DNA from: Nitrosopumilus sp.
Lineage (GTDB): Archaea; Thermoproteota; Nitrososphaeria; Nitrososphaerales; Nitrosopumilaceae
Assembly: GCA_963667665.2 (NCBI GenBank)
Contig: OY763927.2
Coordinates: forward strand, 1,632,001 to 1,696,000
Reading direction: 5' to 3'
DNA length: 64,000 nucleotides
The notes beneath the pieces are model-generated. The model was not told the origin of the DNA. It was given only the letters and a program-made list of their open reading frames with translations, and ran no database searches. Every line of letters begins with the position of its first letter. Position 1 is the stretch's first letter. Below, one piece after another: positions 18,480-28,125 of the stretch. The translations under genes were made by a program, and so were the position numbers.

Positions 18480-18747
18480 CTTGGACGACGGTAAACTAGC
18501 AGATGACTCTTTAGCATATGAATACCAATAATGATTTGAGAAATTTCATTTAAAAGAGAATAGTAGGAATCATCAGTACGATCTATATACTATTTTTTCA
18601 AACTTAATTCAATTGGAACTGTCACCAAACAACTAATCGTTACTGGTCTTAAGATCCAATTATCAAGATATTTTTTTGCGCATATTTACAATTAATCCAA
18701 AATGTAAACAAGTTTATCCTTTTATTGTCATTTGATTAATCAATCAC

Positions 18748-19554
18748 ATGAAAGTTGGAGTAATTCAATTCAAAGCATCAACTAAAAAAGAAAATAACCT
18801 AAAAAAAATTGTTTCATATATTTCAAAAGCATCTTCAAAAAATGCAACATTATGTGCATTCCCAGAATTTATGATGTTTTACACAAATTCTTCCCAAACT
18901 GCAAAACAACTTGCAAACTTGGCTGAAACAATTAATGGAAATTTTGTCACAACAATTGCAAAAGCTGCAAAAACAAATCATATTCAAGTTATAGGTTCAT
19001 TTTATGAAAAGAGTAGAAAAAAAGATCGTGTATATGATACTTCTTTTGTAATTGATCAGTTCGGTAAAGTAATCTCAACTTATAGGAAAATTCATCTCTA
19101 TGATGCATTGGGATTTAGGGAATCAAATAAAATGGTTTCAGGCTCTAAGATTACAAAGCCTGTAAAGACATCTCTTGGAAAAATTGGCTTGATGATCTGT
19201 TATGATTTAAGATTTCCAGAGATGGCACGATCACTTGCTGTTGCAGGCTCTGAAGTTTTAGTTGTACCATCTGCTTGGGTAAAAGGTAACATGAAAGAAG
19301 AACATTGGATTACAATAAACAAAACACGAGCAATTGAAAATGGGTGTTATGTAATTGCACCTGATCAAGTTGGAAATATTTACTGTGGACGAAGTTTGGT
19401 AGTTGATCCATATGGGAAAATATTACTCGACATGAAAAAGAAACAAGGTATAGGTTTTGTTATTATTGATCTGAATAAAGTAAAACAAACAAGAAAAATT
19501 TTACCATTACTTAAAAACAGAAGAACAGATATCTATCCTACTTTGAAGGCTTAG
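18748..19554 (+). CDS. Carbon-nitrogen hydrolase (nitrilase/Nit family)
   Basis: Catalytic E-K-C triad in FPE, YRKIHL, ICYDLRFPE. Confidence 0.95.
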   Translation: MKVGVIQFKASTKKENNLKKIVSYISKASSKNATLCAFPEFMMFYTNSSQTAKQLANLAETINGNFVTTIAKAAKTNHIQVIGSFYEKSRKKDRVYDTSFVIDQFGKVISTYRKIHLYDALGFRESNKMVSGSKITKPVKTSLGKIGLMICYDLRFPEMARSLAVAGSEVLVVPSAWVKGNMKEEHWITINKTRAIENGCYVIAPDQVGNIYCGRSLVVDPYGKILLDMKKKQGIGFVIIDLNKVKQTRKILPLLKNRRTDIYPTLKA

Positions 19555-20005
19555 ACTTTCTGCTTTCGCAATAAAAGTTTGAACATTGTTTAGTCCATTT
19601 TTGTTTTCGTGAATAACGGAAAATTATCATTGGCCATTTGCATACCTCACAAGGTTGCTTTGTTGCTCTAAGTTTTGCTTTTTGTAATAATGGTGATGAT
19701 GCTTTACATCCACCATAATAGTTAGAACAACCCATGAATCGCTTTTTTGTTGATGGTGATCTAATGACCATTAATTCTCCAAGTTTACACTGAGGACATT
19801 GTACCAATCCTTTTTTTGGTGCATTGGTTCCAAGAATCATGTATTTTTTTTCTTTTGAAGACCAAGATAGGAATCCATTACTATCAAAATATTGAATAAT
19901 CTCTTTTTTGAAGATGTTAGTTTGTGACTTTGTAGTTTTTACAACATGTCTTATTGTAGTCTTTTTTGTCTGAAAAATTTGCAAACTTTTTTTCTTTGGT
20001 GACAT
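19538..20005 (-). CDS. Stand-alone topoisomerase C4 zinc-ribbon domain protein
   Basis: CPQC...RFMGCSNY..C, CEVC...CSNFYC; ATG 20005 avoids overlap with the thiolase. Confidence 0.8.
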   Translation of the reverse strand: MSPKKKSLQIFQTKKTTIRHVVKTTKSQTNIFKKEIIQYFDSNGFLSWSSKEKKYMILGTNAPKKGLVQCPQCKLGELMVIRSPSTKKRFMGCSNYYGGCKASSPLLQKAKLRATKQPCEVCKWPMIIFRYSRKQKWTKQCSNFYCESRKSKPSK

Positions 20006-20048
20006 TATGATGAATTTACTAAAACAATTTTTATAGGGATTGGGGTCA

Positions 20049-21212
20049 ATGACATTAGTGGAAAAGGTTTGTGTTCTTGGTGCTGGTAGTACCAAATATG
20101 GTAAATTACATGATAGTATAGCTGATATCACTACTCAGGCATCAGTTTCAGCCATAGAAAGTGCAGGAATTGATCCAAAACAAATCCAAGCATCTTACAT
20201 TTCAAACGTCTTTGGAGTTGCAGATAAGCAGGTACATCTTGGACCTGTCTTAATGAGTAGATTGGGAATTCCAGATAAACCATCATTAACAATAGAGTCT
20301 GCGTGTGGAAGTGGCTCTGTATCTTTTAGAGAGGCTTATGCAAATGTTGCAGCCGGATTTTATGATTGTCTTGTTGTAACTGGTGTTGAAAAAGTAACTC
20401 ATACAGGAACTGAATGGACAACAACTTACTTTGCATATTGTTCAGACTTTTTCTATGAAGGTCAAGCTGGTGCATCATTTCCAGGATTATTTGCATCAAT
20501 AGCTAGAGCATACTTGACAGAGTTTGATGCAACTGAAGAAGACTTTGCAAAAGTTGCAGTAAAGAATCATGATAACGGTGTACTTAATCCAAAAGCTCAC
20601 ATGCAAAAGAAGATTACAATTGATGATGTAATGAATTCTCCAGTAGTTGCAAGTCCTCTCAAACTTTATGATTGTTGTCCATTTTCTGATGGTGCAAGTT
20701 CTGTAATTCTTTGTTCTGAAAAGTTTGCAAAAGAGAATGGAAGTGATTACATTGAAGTAATTGGTTCTGGTAGAGGTGGATCACCTGCTGCATTGCAAGG
20801 ACGTGAAAGCCTAACAACAATTCCAAGTACAAAGATTGCAGCAGAAGCTGCATACAAAATGGCTGGTATCACTGCAAAAGATATAGACTTTGCAGAAGTA
20901 CATGACTGTTTTACAATTGCAGAAATAGTTGACACTGAAGATTTGGGATTCTTTGAAAAAGGAAAAGGTGTACAGGCTATTCGTGAAGATAGAACAAAAT
21001 TAAATTCTGATATTTCAATAAACCCTTCAGGCGGTCTTAAATCAAAAGGACACCCAATTGGAGCTACAGGTGTTGGACAAGTAGTAGAAGTATTTGATCA
21101 ACTAACTGGAAAAGCAGGTGAAAGAACTGTTAAAGATGCAAAAATTGGTTTAACACATAACTTTGGTGCAACTGGTGCAAGTTGTGCTGTTCACATATTC
21201 CAAAGTGTGTAA
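20049..21212 (+). CDS. Acetyl-CoA acetyltransferase (archaeal thiolase)
   Basis: ESACGSG, EVHDCF, KGHPIGATG; start may be 20040, 20049 or 20058. Confidence 0.95.
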   Translation: MTLVEKVCVLGAGSTKYGKLHDSIADITTQASVSAIESAGIDPKQIQASYISNVFGVADKQVHLGPVLMSRLGIPDKPSLTIESACGSGSVSFREAYANVAAGFYDCLVVTGVEKVTHTGTEWTTTYFAYCSDFFYEGQAGASFPGLFASIARAYLTEFDATEEDFAKVAVKNHDNGVLNPKAHMQKKITIDDVMNSPVVASPLKLYDCCPFSDGASSVILCSEKFAKENGSDYIEVIGSGRGGSPAALQGRESLTTIPSTKIAAEAAYKMAGITAKDIDFAEVHDCFTIAEIVDTEDLGFFEKGKGVQAIREDRTKLNSDISINPSGGLKSKGHPIGATGVGQVVEVFDQLTGKAGERTVKDAKIGLTHNFGATGASCAVHIFQSV

Positions 21213-21213
21213 A

Positions 21214-21579
21214 ATGTCTGTTGAAGAACAACTTATTGAACATGCTAAACAAGGCAAACTCCTAACTCACAAGTGTACTAGCTGTGGTTACCTTCATTTA
21301 TCTACAGCATATTATTGCCTAAAATGCGGCAGCAAGGGATTTGAGGATGTCATTTTAGAGGGTACAGGTGAAATTGCTACTTATACTATAATTACAGTCG
21401 CGCCTGCAGGCTTTGAAAAATACACACCGTATGCCTTTGTTGTACTTCAACTAGATGACACACATTTGAGAATTTCTGGATTTATGCCCGGAATTTCCAC
21501 CCCTGCAGATCTCCCAGTTGGAGCAAGAGCCAAAATGACAGGTTTTGATGAACGTGGAATCATCATTGAAAAGCAGTAA
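21214..21579 (+). CDS. DUF35 Zn-ribbon/OB-fold thiolase partner
   Basis: CTSCG...CLKCGS, GEIATYTII, PYAFVVLQL; follows the thiolase. Confidence 0.9.
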   Translation: MSVEEQLIEHAKQGKLLTHKCTSCGYLHLSTAYYCLKCGSKGFEDVILEGTGEIATYTIITVAPAGFEKYTPYAFVVLQLDDTHLRISGFMPGISTPADLPVGARAKMTGFDERGIIIEKQ

Positions 21580-21649
21580 AATAATTTGCTTGAATTATTA
21601 AAAAAAATCAAAATCGTTTCTTAATAATTTTGTATAGGTGATCATTTTC

Positions 21650-21811
21650 ATGTCAGTAGAAGTTACATGTGGTAAATGTGGAGAAAAGATCACAAACATG
21701 AAAATGTTAAAATCATTAAAAGATGTAATGAATCCTTACAGTGGAAAGTGTCCATCATGTGGACAGAAACTTTCTACATCTGAGTTTTCACTTGATGTCA
21801 AAGAAAACTAA
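21650..21811 (+). CDS. Small zinc-ribbon protein (53 aa)
   Basis: Read by hand: MSVEVTCGKCGEKITNMKMLKSLKDVMNPYSGKCPSCGQKLSTSEFSLDVKEN; GGTGA SD upstream. Confidence 0.8.
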   Translation: MSVEVTCGKCGEKITNMKMLKSLKDVMNPYSGKCPSCGQKLSTSEFSLDVKEN

Positions 21812-21963
21812 TATTAACGATCTCTTGACATATCATTTTTCAATTTTTTTAAAAAATAGATCTATGATCTAAAAATTTTTATCTTTCAACAATAGATCTG
21901 ATCAAAAATTGTCCGAATTCATACAGTCATAAGTCTTAATTACCTCATAACTTAGAAAAATGC

Positions 21964-24117
21964 ATGGAATTGGAAGAAGAAGAACTCAAATTAGATTTAG
22001 ACTCCGATTTAGACTCCAATTCAGACTCTGATTTCGATTCAGAACCAGACGAAAATAGAGGTGGAATCTTACAATCAACATCAAAACGTGTTAGAATGAT
22101 CTTCTCTGTTATGGCAAGTCCCAATAGAATTGATATTCTCAGAATCCTAAATTCCAAGGGTCCTTTGACTTATTCTGAATTAAAATCTCTAGCTGGGTTC
22201 AAGTCTAAAAAAGAAAGTGGTAAATTTGCATACCATTTAAGAAAACTACTAAGACAATCCCTTGTTGCACTTAACAAATCTGAAAGACGTTATACTATTA
22301 CAAATCTTGGAAAACTAGTTTTAAGCTTGGCACGACAAATTGAAGAAAGATCAATTATTGAAAGTGGAAAAATGTATGTTAGAACATCACATGAATCCAT
22401 TGAAGAATTTAATTCTCATAAAATTATTCAATCACTAGTTCGCGAAGGAAGTCTTCCATTAGAACTAGCACAAAAAATTACCGAAGAAGTTGAAAATAGA
22501 ATTTACAAATATCAGACTACATATCTAACAGGCTCACTTATCAGAGAATTGGTAAATTCTGTTCTCTTAGAACATGGTCATGAGGAATATAGAAACAAAC
22601 TAGCACGCCTAGGTTTGCCTGTTTTTGATGTTCAGGAGATGATTACCAACTTAGATAATGTGAATAATGGTGCTGAGGGTCTTTTGTTTAACACTGGGCA
22701 GAGTGTATTTGCTGAACACTTGCTTACTAATATCTTACCAAAAGATGTTGCAGATTCTCATCTTTCTGGAGATTTGCATGTTACCAACCCTGGAATTTGG
22801 TCTATGATTCCTGATACAATATTTGTTAATGTCAAAGAATTGATTGAAGATGGAATTGATCTTGGTGGAAAATATCTTGACGTGTCAAGAATTCCTGCAT
22901 CAAAACAACTTGATGAAATTACAAGTTCATTGTCTGTCATAATATCTCTTATTTCAAAAGAAGCTTCACAAGAAATTGTACTTGATGGATTAGTTCAGGT
23001 GTTTTCAAAACATTCAAAGTCTCTTACAGAACTTGAACAAAAACTAACTAATGCATTTGCAACTGCATCTACAACTTCCCAATATAACAAAAAGAGTACT
23101 AATGTTTCAATTAGATTACAATTAGGAACTGATACAAAAATAATTAATTCAATTATCAAAGCATACAAAAATTATGTAAAGATTACACCAATACCAAAAA
23201 TTGGCCTTATAATAGATCATGAAAAAGGAAAGATAACTGATGTCTCACAATCAGCGTCTGAAATAATTCCACTTGGTGGAAAAATAATGTTTGCTAGAGG
23301 TCAAACATCTAGTAATGGTGTAACAAATGGATCTATAAAGAATGCAGGTCCACTTTCAATATCACTACAATCTGTTTCTATTAATCTTCCAAGACTTGCC
23401 TTTGAATCAAACAAAGATGAAACTTACTTTAGAGCAAGACTTGCATTACTAATGAAACCTGCATTATCTTCAATGGCACTAAGAAAGAAAGATATCTCAG
23501 ATATTACTAGAAGAGGACTTAATCCAATTCTTGCAAAGAATACTCAATACATGCAAAAAAGTTCTGTTTCTCTTGTTGTAAACTTGGTTGGACTCAAAGA
23601 ATCAGTCTTTAACATACTTGGATTCAAAGACAACAAAGAAGGTCGTAATATTCTTCATAAAGTCATTGAAACTGCAGTTGATGTTGCAAACAAAAAAGGC
23701 AAAGAATTAGGTAGTTCTGTGGCTATTTGTATGACTGAAACTGAAGGTTCACATCGTTTTGCCACACTTGATGGTGAGAAATATGGTAAGAATTCTGCCC
23801 TCAATTCGATGGAAGGTGATTCTTATTCTGAAGGTATGGTGATTAATGCCTCTGAAATTGGTGACTATACCCTCAAAAGTGAACCTATCTCTGAGTGTAA
23901 CAAGTTCTCAAAATTACTTAATGGAGGATTATCTGTACAACTAAAAATTGACAAAGATGCAAAGATTGATGAAATCAAAAAATCAATTGAGAAAGCATCT
24001 ACACTAGTCTCTTCTTTTAAACCAGTCAAGATGATCGCAATATGTGGTGAGTGTGGTTTCAAAGATGAACCATTTGAAGACAAGTGTCCAAAGTGTAAGT
24101 CATCATACATAGTCTGA
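21964..24117 (+). CDS. ArsR-HTH / ATP-cone / class III RNR (NrdD)-like fusion, predicted catalytically inactive
   Basis: ASPNRIDILRIL...FAYHLRKL wHTH; YVRTSHESIEEFNSHKIIQSL cone; HLSGDLHV, SINLPRLA, RFATLD, GG and CxxC..CxxC NrdD landmarks; no RxxGY. Confidence 0.85.
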   Translation: MELEEEELKLDLDSDLDSNSDSDFDSEPDENRGGILQSTSKRVRMIFSVMASPNRIDILRILNSKGPLTYSELKSLAGFKSKKESGKFAYHLRKLLRQSLVALNKSERRYTITNLGKLVLSLARQIEERSIIESGKMYVRTSHESIEEFNSHKIIQSLVREGSLPLELAQKITEEVENRIYKYQTTYLTGSLIRELVNSVLLEHGHEEYRNKLARLGLPVFDVQEMITNLDNVNNGAEGLLFNTGQSVFAEHLLTNILPKDVADSHLSGDLHVTNPGIWSMIPDTIFVNVKELIEDGIDLGGKYLDVSRIPASKQLDEITSSLSVIISLISKEASQEIVLDGLVQVFSKHSKSLTELEQKLTNAFATASTTSQYNKKSTNVSIRLQLGTDTKIINSIIKAYKNYVKITPIPKIGLIIDHEKGKITDVSQSASEIIPLGGKIMFARGQTSSNGVTNGSIKNAGPLSISLQSVSINLPRLAFESNKDETYFRARLALLMKPALSSMALRKKDISDITRRGLNPILAKNTQYMQKSSVSLVVNLVGLKESVFNILGFKDNKEGRNILHKVIETAVDVANKKGKELGSSVAICMTETEGSHRFATLDGEKYGKNSALNSMEGDSYSEGMVINASEIGDYTLKSEPISECNKFSKLLNGGLSVQLKIDKDAKIDEIKKSIEKASTLVSSFKPVKMIAICGECGFKDEPFEDKCPKCKSSYIV

Positions 24118-24321
24118 ATTTCGTAAATGAAAAACTAGTTACGATCATTTTTGAAAACTTTTTGATCAGTATTCGATGTAGCGATCATCGTTGCTAACTG
24201 TTAAAATTATGTAAATATGAACATCATAACAGATGTGTCAACATTTTTGAACCGAGCTTGAAGAAAAAATTGCAGAATCATTTATAGACACATTAATCAT
24301 AACACCTACGGGGAGATTATT

Positions 24322-26973
24322 TTGGACAATTCACAAATAGAAAATACTATCAATGAGATCAAAAAGCGTAGTGGAGCAGTAACCGTCTTTAATAAAGATA
24401 AAATTTCAAATGCGATATTCAGGGCATTAGCTGCTACTTCTAAAGCAGATCGTAGCCTAGCAGATCAACTTGCAAATAACGTAGTCAACAAATTAGTAGA
24501 ACAAGGATTTACCAGCACAAGAACACCTACTGTTGAAGATATTCAAGATATTGTAGAATCAACTTTAATTGATAGCGGTAATAGTGATATAGCAAAAGCA
24601 TACATCGTTTACAGACACGAGAGAAGAAAATTAAGAGATGAAAAAAAGAGAGTCTTGAATCTAAAGACACTTGATCCAGTTTCCAAAAAATTTGATTTAA
24701 ATTGCCTGAGAATACTAGCATCAAGATATCTTTTTAGAAATGGAAAAAATGAAATTATTGAATCTCCAACACAAATGTTTGAAAGAGTTGCAATTCTAGT
24801 AGGAGTAGGTGATATCCTATATGATTCACAAGTATTTGACAAAGCAGGAAATATTAAACAAGATATTGATGAAGCAAAATCTTATCTTGAAAAACTAGAT
24901 GCCTTTGACTATAAATTCAAAGTCGGAAATTATTATCTAAACAAATGGCATTTTAGATCCTTGATAAATCACTATGTAACACTTGCAAACAAAGGTCAGA
25001 TGAAGATTAACTTCAAAGATCTTTTGACATTACTTGCAGCAAAGAAGCTTGATGATTATGCAGATAAAATTACTGAATACTTTGAGATGATGACATCCCA
25101 AGACTTTCTCCCAAATTCACCAACAATGATGAATGCAGGTGGAAGATTAGGACAGCTCTCAGCATGCTTTGTACTTGGTATGGGAGATGACATGGAAAAA
25201 ATCATGAAAACAACTTCTGATGCGGCATTAATCTTCAAATCAGGCGGTGGAGTTGGAATTAACTACTCTGATCTTCGTGAGGAGGGTGATATTGTAGCAT
25301 CAACATCTGGTGTTGCATCTGGACCCGTATCTTTTATGAATATTATCAACACTGTTACCGAAGTCGTCAAACAAGGAGGAAAAAGACGTGGTGCAAACAT
25401 GGGAATTATTGAGGCATGGCATCCTGATGTTGAAAAATTTATCACAAATAAGACAGAACCAGGTGTTTTAGAAAATTTTAACGTAAGTGTTGGTATCTGG
25501 GAAGACTTTTGGAATGCACTTGTTAACACTGAAGATGGTAACTATATGTTACGTAGTCCACGTGACAAACAACCAGTTAAAGAAATCAATGCACATCAGC
25601 TAATTGATCTAATTGCTCTATCTGCATGGAAAAGTGGAGAACCTGGATTGATCTTCTTTGATCAAATTAACAAATACAATGTATTTGCCAAAGCTAGACA
25701 AGCACCACTAAGAGCAACAAATCCTTGTGGTGAACAAAGTCTTTATCCATACGAATCATGCAACCTTGGTTCTATCAATTTAGTTAATCTAGTAAAGAGA
25801 CAAGCAAATGGATCTTATGAATTTGATTGGCAAAGATATGAAGAAATAATTAGAAAGACAACAAAATTCCTTGATAATATTATTGATGTAAACCATTATC
25901 CAGTTGAAGAAATCAATGTTGCATCCAAAGAATCTAGAAGAATTGGACTTGGAGTTATGGGCGTTGCTGATCTCTTATACAAACTAAGAATTCCATACAA
26001 TTCCAAAGAAGGATATGAACTACAATCCAAACTAGCAGAAGCTCTGACATACTATTCAATGGAAGAAAGTGTTGCACTTGCAAAATCTCGTGGTGAATTT
26101 CCACTTTGCTCAAAGACAGAATATCCAGAAGGAAAGATTCCTGTTTCAGGATACTATGAAAAACCCAAAGAAACTCATTCCTATGAATGGGGTGCATTAA
26201 TTGAAAAAATTAAAAAATATGGTATTAGACATGTTTTGGCTACAACAGTTGCCCCAACTGGTACGCTTTCTATGATTGCAGATTGTTCAAACGGAATGGA
26301 ACCTGCATTTGCTCTTGTGTTTGAAAAGAGAGTGACTGTTGGAAGATTCTTCTATACAAACAAGATTGTTGAAGAAGTCTTAAAAGAACATGGTCTTTAC
26401 AGCGATGAAATTCTAGCAAAGATTGCAGATAATTATGGTTCATTGAAAGGACTAGATGAAATCCCACAATGGATGCAAGATGTTTTCGTAACTGCAATGG
26501 ATATTCATTGGGCAGATCATCTTATGGCTCAAGGAGTATGGCAAGACTGGATTGGAAATGCAATTGCAAAAACAATCAACATGCCATATGATGTTACTGT
26601 AGAAGATGTAAAATCTGCATATCTATTAGCACATGAATTAGGACTAAAAGGAATTACAGTTTATCGTGATGGATCTAGACACAAGCAAGTACTTCACATG
26701 ACTAGTGAAAACGCAAAAAAAACATTTGAGGTAACACCAACTGAACACGTTACTGGTTATGTTACAGCAAATATCACAAATCCATATATAAAATCACAAG
26801 TCAATGCTGCACTTGCAATTAAAGTTCACGAGAATGATCTCAAAGTTGAACCTGTAGTACAAGAAGAGATCTCAGAAGATCGTTTATGTCCAACCTGCAA
26901 AAACAACCTGGTCTTTGTTGAAGGTTGCAGTATCTGCATTGATTGTGGATACAGCGGTTGTACTTCTGGATAA
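24322..26973 (+). CDS. nrdJ: Class II (adenosylcobalamin-dependent) ribonucleotide reductase with ATP cone
   Basis: IKKRSG cone, PNSPTMMNAG, LSACF, TNPCGEQ, APTGT, KGITVYRDGSR, C-terminal CxxCGYSGC. Confidence 0.96.
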   Translation: MDNSQIENTINEIKKRSGAVTVFNKDKISNAIFRALAATSKADRSLADQLANNVVNKLVEQGFTSTRTPTVEDIQDIVESTLIDSGNSDIAKAYIVYRHERRKLRDEKKRVLNLKTLDPVSKKFDLNCLRILASRYLFRNGKNEIIESPTQMFERVAILVGVGDILYDSQVFDKAGNIKQDIDEAKSYLEKLDAFDYKFKVGNYYLNKWHFRSLINHYVTLANKGQMKINFKDLLTLLAAKKLDDYADKITEYFEMMTSQDFLPNSPTMMNAGGRLGQLSACFVLGMGDDMEKIMKTTSDAALIFKSGGGVGINYSDLREEGDIVASTSGVASGPVSFMNIINTVTEVVKQGGKRRGANMGIIEAWHPDVEKFITNKTEPGVLENFNVSVGIWEDFWNALVNTEDGNYMLRSPRDKQPVKEINAHQLIDLIALSAWKSGEPGLIFFDQINKYNVFAKARQAPLRATNPCGEQSLYPYESCNLGSINLVNLVKRQANGSYEFDWQRYEEIIRKTTKFLDNIIDVNHYPVEEINVASKESRRIGLGVMGVADLLYKLRIPYNSKEGYELQSKLAEALTYYSMEESVALAKSRGEFPLCSKTEYPEGKIPVSGYYEKPKETHSYEWGALIEKIKKYGIRHVLATTVAPTGTLSMIADCSNGMEPAFALVFEKRVTVGRFFYTNKIVEEVLKEHGLYSDEILAKIADNYGSLKGLDEIPQWMQDVFVTAMDIHWADHLMAQGVWQDWIGNAIAKTINMPYDVTVEDVKSAYLLAHELGLKGITVYRDGSRHKQVLHMTSENAKKTFEVTPTEHVTGYVTANITNPYIKSQVNAALAIKVHENDLKVEPVVQEEISEDRLCPTCKNNLVFVEGCSICIDCGYSGCTSG

Positions 26974-27014
26974 ATAACAAAATCACAACTTTTTTACTTT
27001 CTTTTCCAATTAGT

Positions 27015-28124
27015 ATGAATATGAAAATTCTAGGTGTAACTGCAGGCCTAGTAGTAATTATTGCAATATCAGCTGTAATTTTGAGTTTACCGAGTTCAGA
27101 AATTATCACTAATCAAAAAATTGGTCTTGTAATTAATTCTCCAAATCAATCAATAACTTTACAAGAATTAGATCAAATTTACTCTGAAGCATCAACCACT
27201 GGCATTGGAAGAAGTAACGTCTATCTTTTTTGGAATATAGTTGAACCCGTACGTGGAGAATATGATTGGCAACAATCAGATGTAATGTTTGGGTTAAATG
27301 AAAAAAATGATCTCAAAGTTACTCTCTTCTTTTCAGTAATTAATGGAGAAACACTTGGTCCATTTCCTGATTGGATTGGAAAACCATCTCTTAACTCTCT
27401 TGGAGAAGACAGGCTCGTAAATGTTCTTGATGCAATTCTTTCACGATATAATATCATAGATACAGTAATTATTGGCGGTGAAACTGAATCTCAATTTCGT
27501 TACTATGAACAAAATATTTCTGTATACCAAGAGCTGTTTTCTGGAGTTTATGAAAAAATAAAAGAAAAATATCCTGATGTAAAATTTGGAAATTCGTTTG
27601 CATTACATCATGTATTGAATAAAGATTTGAAACATATTGTTAGTGATTTAGCAATTGGTGATTTTGTTGCATTTTCATACTTTCCAGTTGATACACTAAA
27701 TGATGTTGTAAAAACTCCTCAAGAAGCTATAGAAGATTTAGAGAAAGTATTTGAAATTGTACCAAACAAAAAAGTTGGATTTTTTGAGATTAGCTGGAGT
27801 ACGTCAGATTTCATAGGCGGAAATATTGCTTCTCAGAAAGATTTCTTGGATAAATTATTCGAGTTTTATTCAGAAAATGAATCTGAAATTGAATTTTTAA
27901 CATGGTACAGGCAATATGATAGACTAGAAGGCACTTGTATTACAGAACAACAAGACATTGGTGATAAAAGTATCAGTGTTGGAGGAGGTTCTGGTTTGGG
28001 TAGTAGTGAATACGTTATTGAAAGACTAAACTATTATGTTTGCAATGCTGGTCTTGTTGATGTTAATGGTAATCCAAAATCTGGATGGTATGAATTTAAA
28101 AAACAAATAGAAATGATCAACTAA
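27015..28124 (+). CDS. Membrane-anchored glycoside hydrolase-like TIM-barrel protein
   Basis: N-terminal TM; WNIVEPVRGEYDW, GGE and FEISW resemble clan GH-A motifs. Confidence 0.6.
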   Translation: MNMKILGVTAGLVVIIAISAVILSLPSSEIITNQKIGLVINSPNQSITLQELDQIYSEASTTGIGRSNVYLFWNIVEPVRGEYDWQQSDVMFGLNEKNDLKVTLFFSVINGETLGPFPDWIGKPSLNSLGEDRLVNVLDAILSRYNIIDTVIIGGETESQFRYYEQNISVYQELFSGVYEKIKEKYPDVKFGNSFALHHVLNKDLKHIVSDLAIGDFVAFSYFPVDTLNDVVKTPQEAIEDLEKVFEIVPNKKVGFFEISWSTSDFIGGNIASQKDFLDKLFEFYSENESEIEFLTWYRQYDRLEGTCITEQQDIGDKSISVGGGSGLGSSEYVIERLNYYVCNAGLVDVNGNPKSGWYEFKKQIEMIN

Positions 28125-28125
28125 A

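Noticed and set aside
20006-20131. Extended N-terminus of the topoisomerase zinc-ribbon ORF
   Set aside because: Overlaps the thiolase start on the opposite strand; ATG 20005 is more plausible
21964-24117. Functional anaerobic RNR implying anaerobic growth
   Set aside because: Glycyl-radical motif and catalytic cysteines not found; no activase nearby
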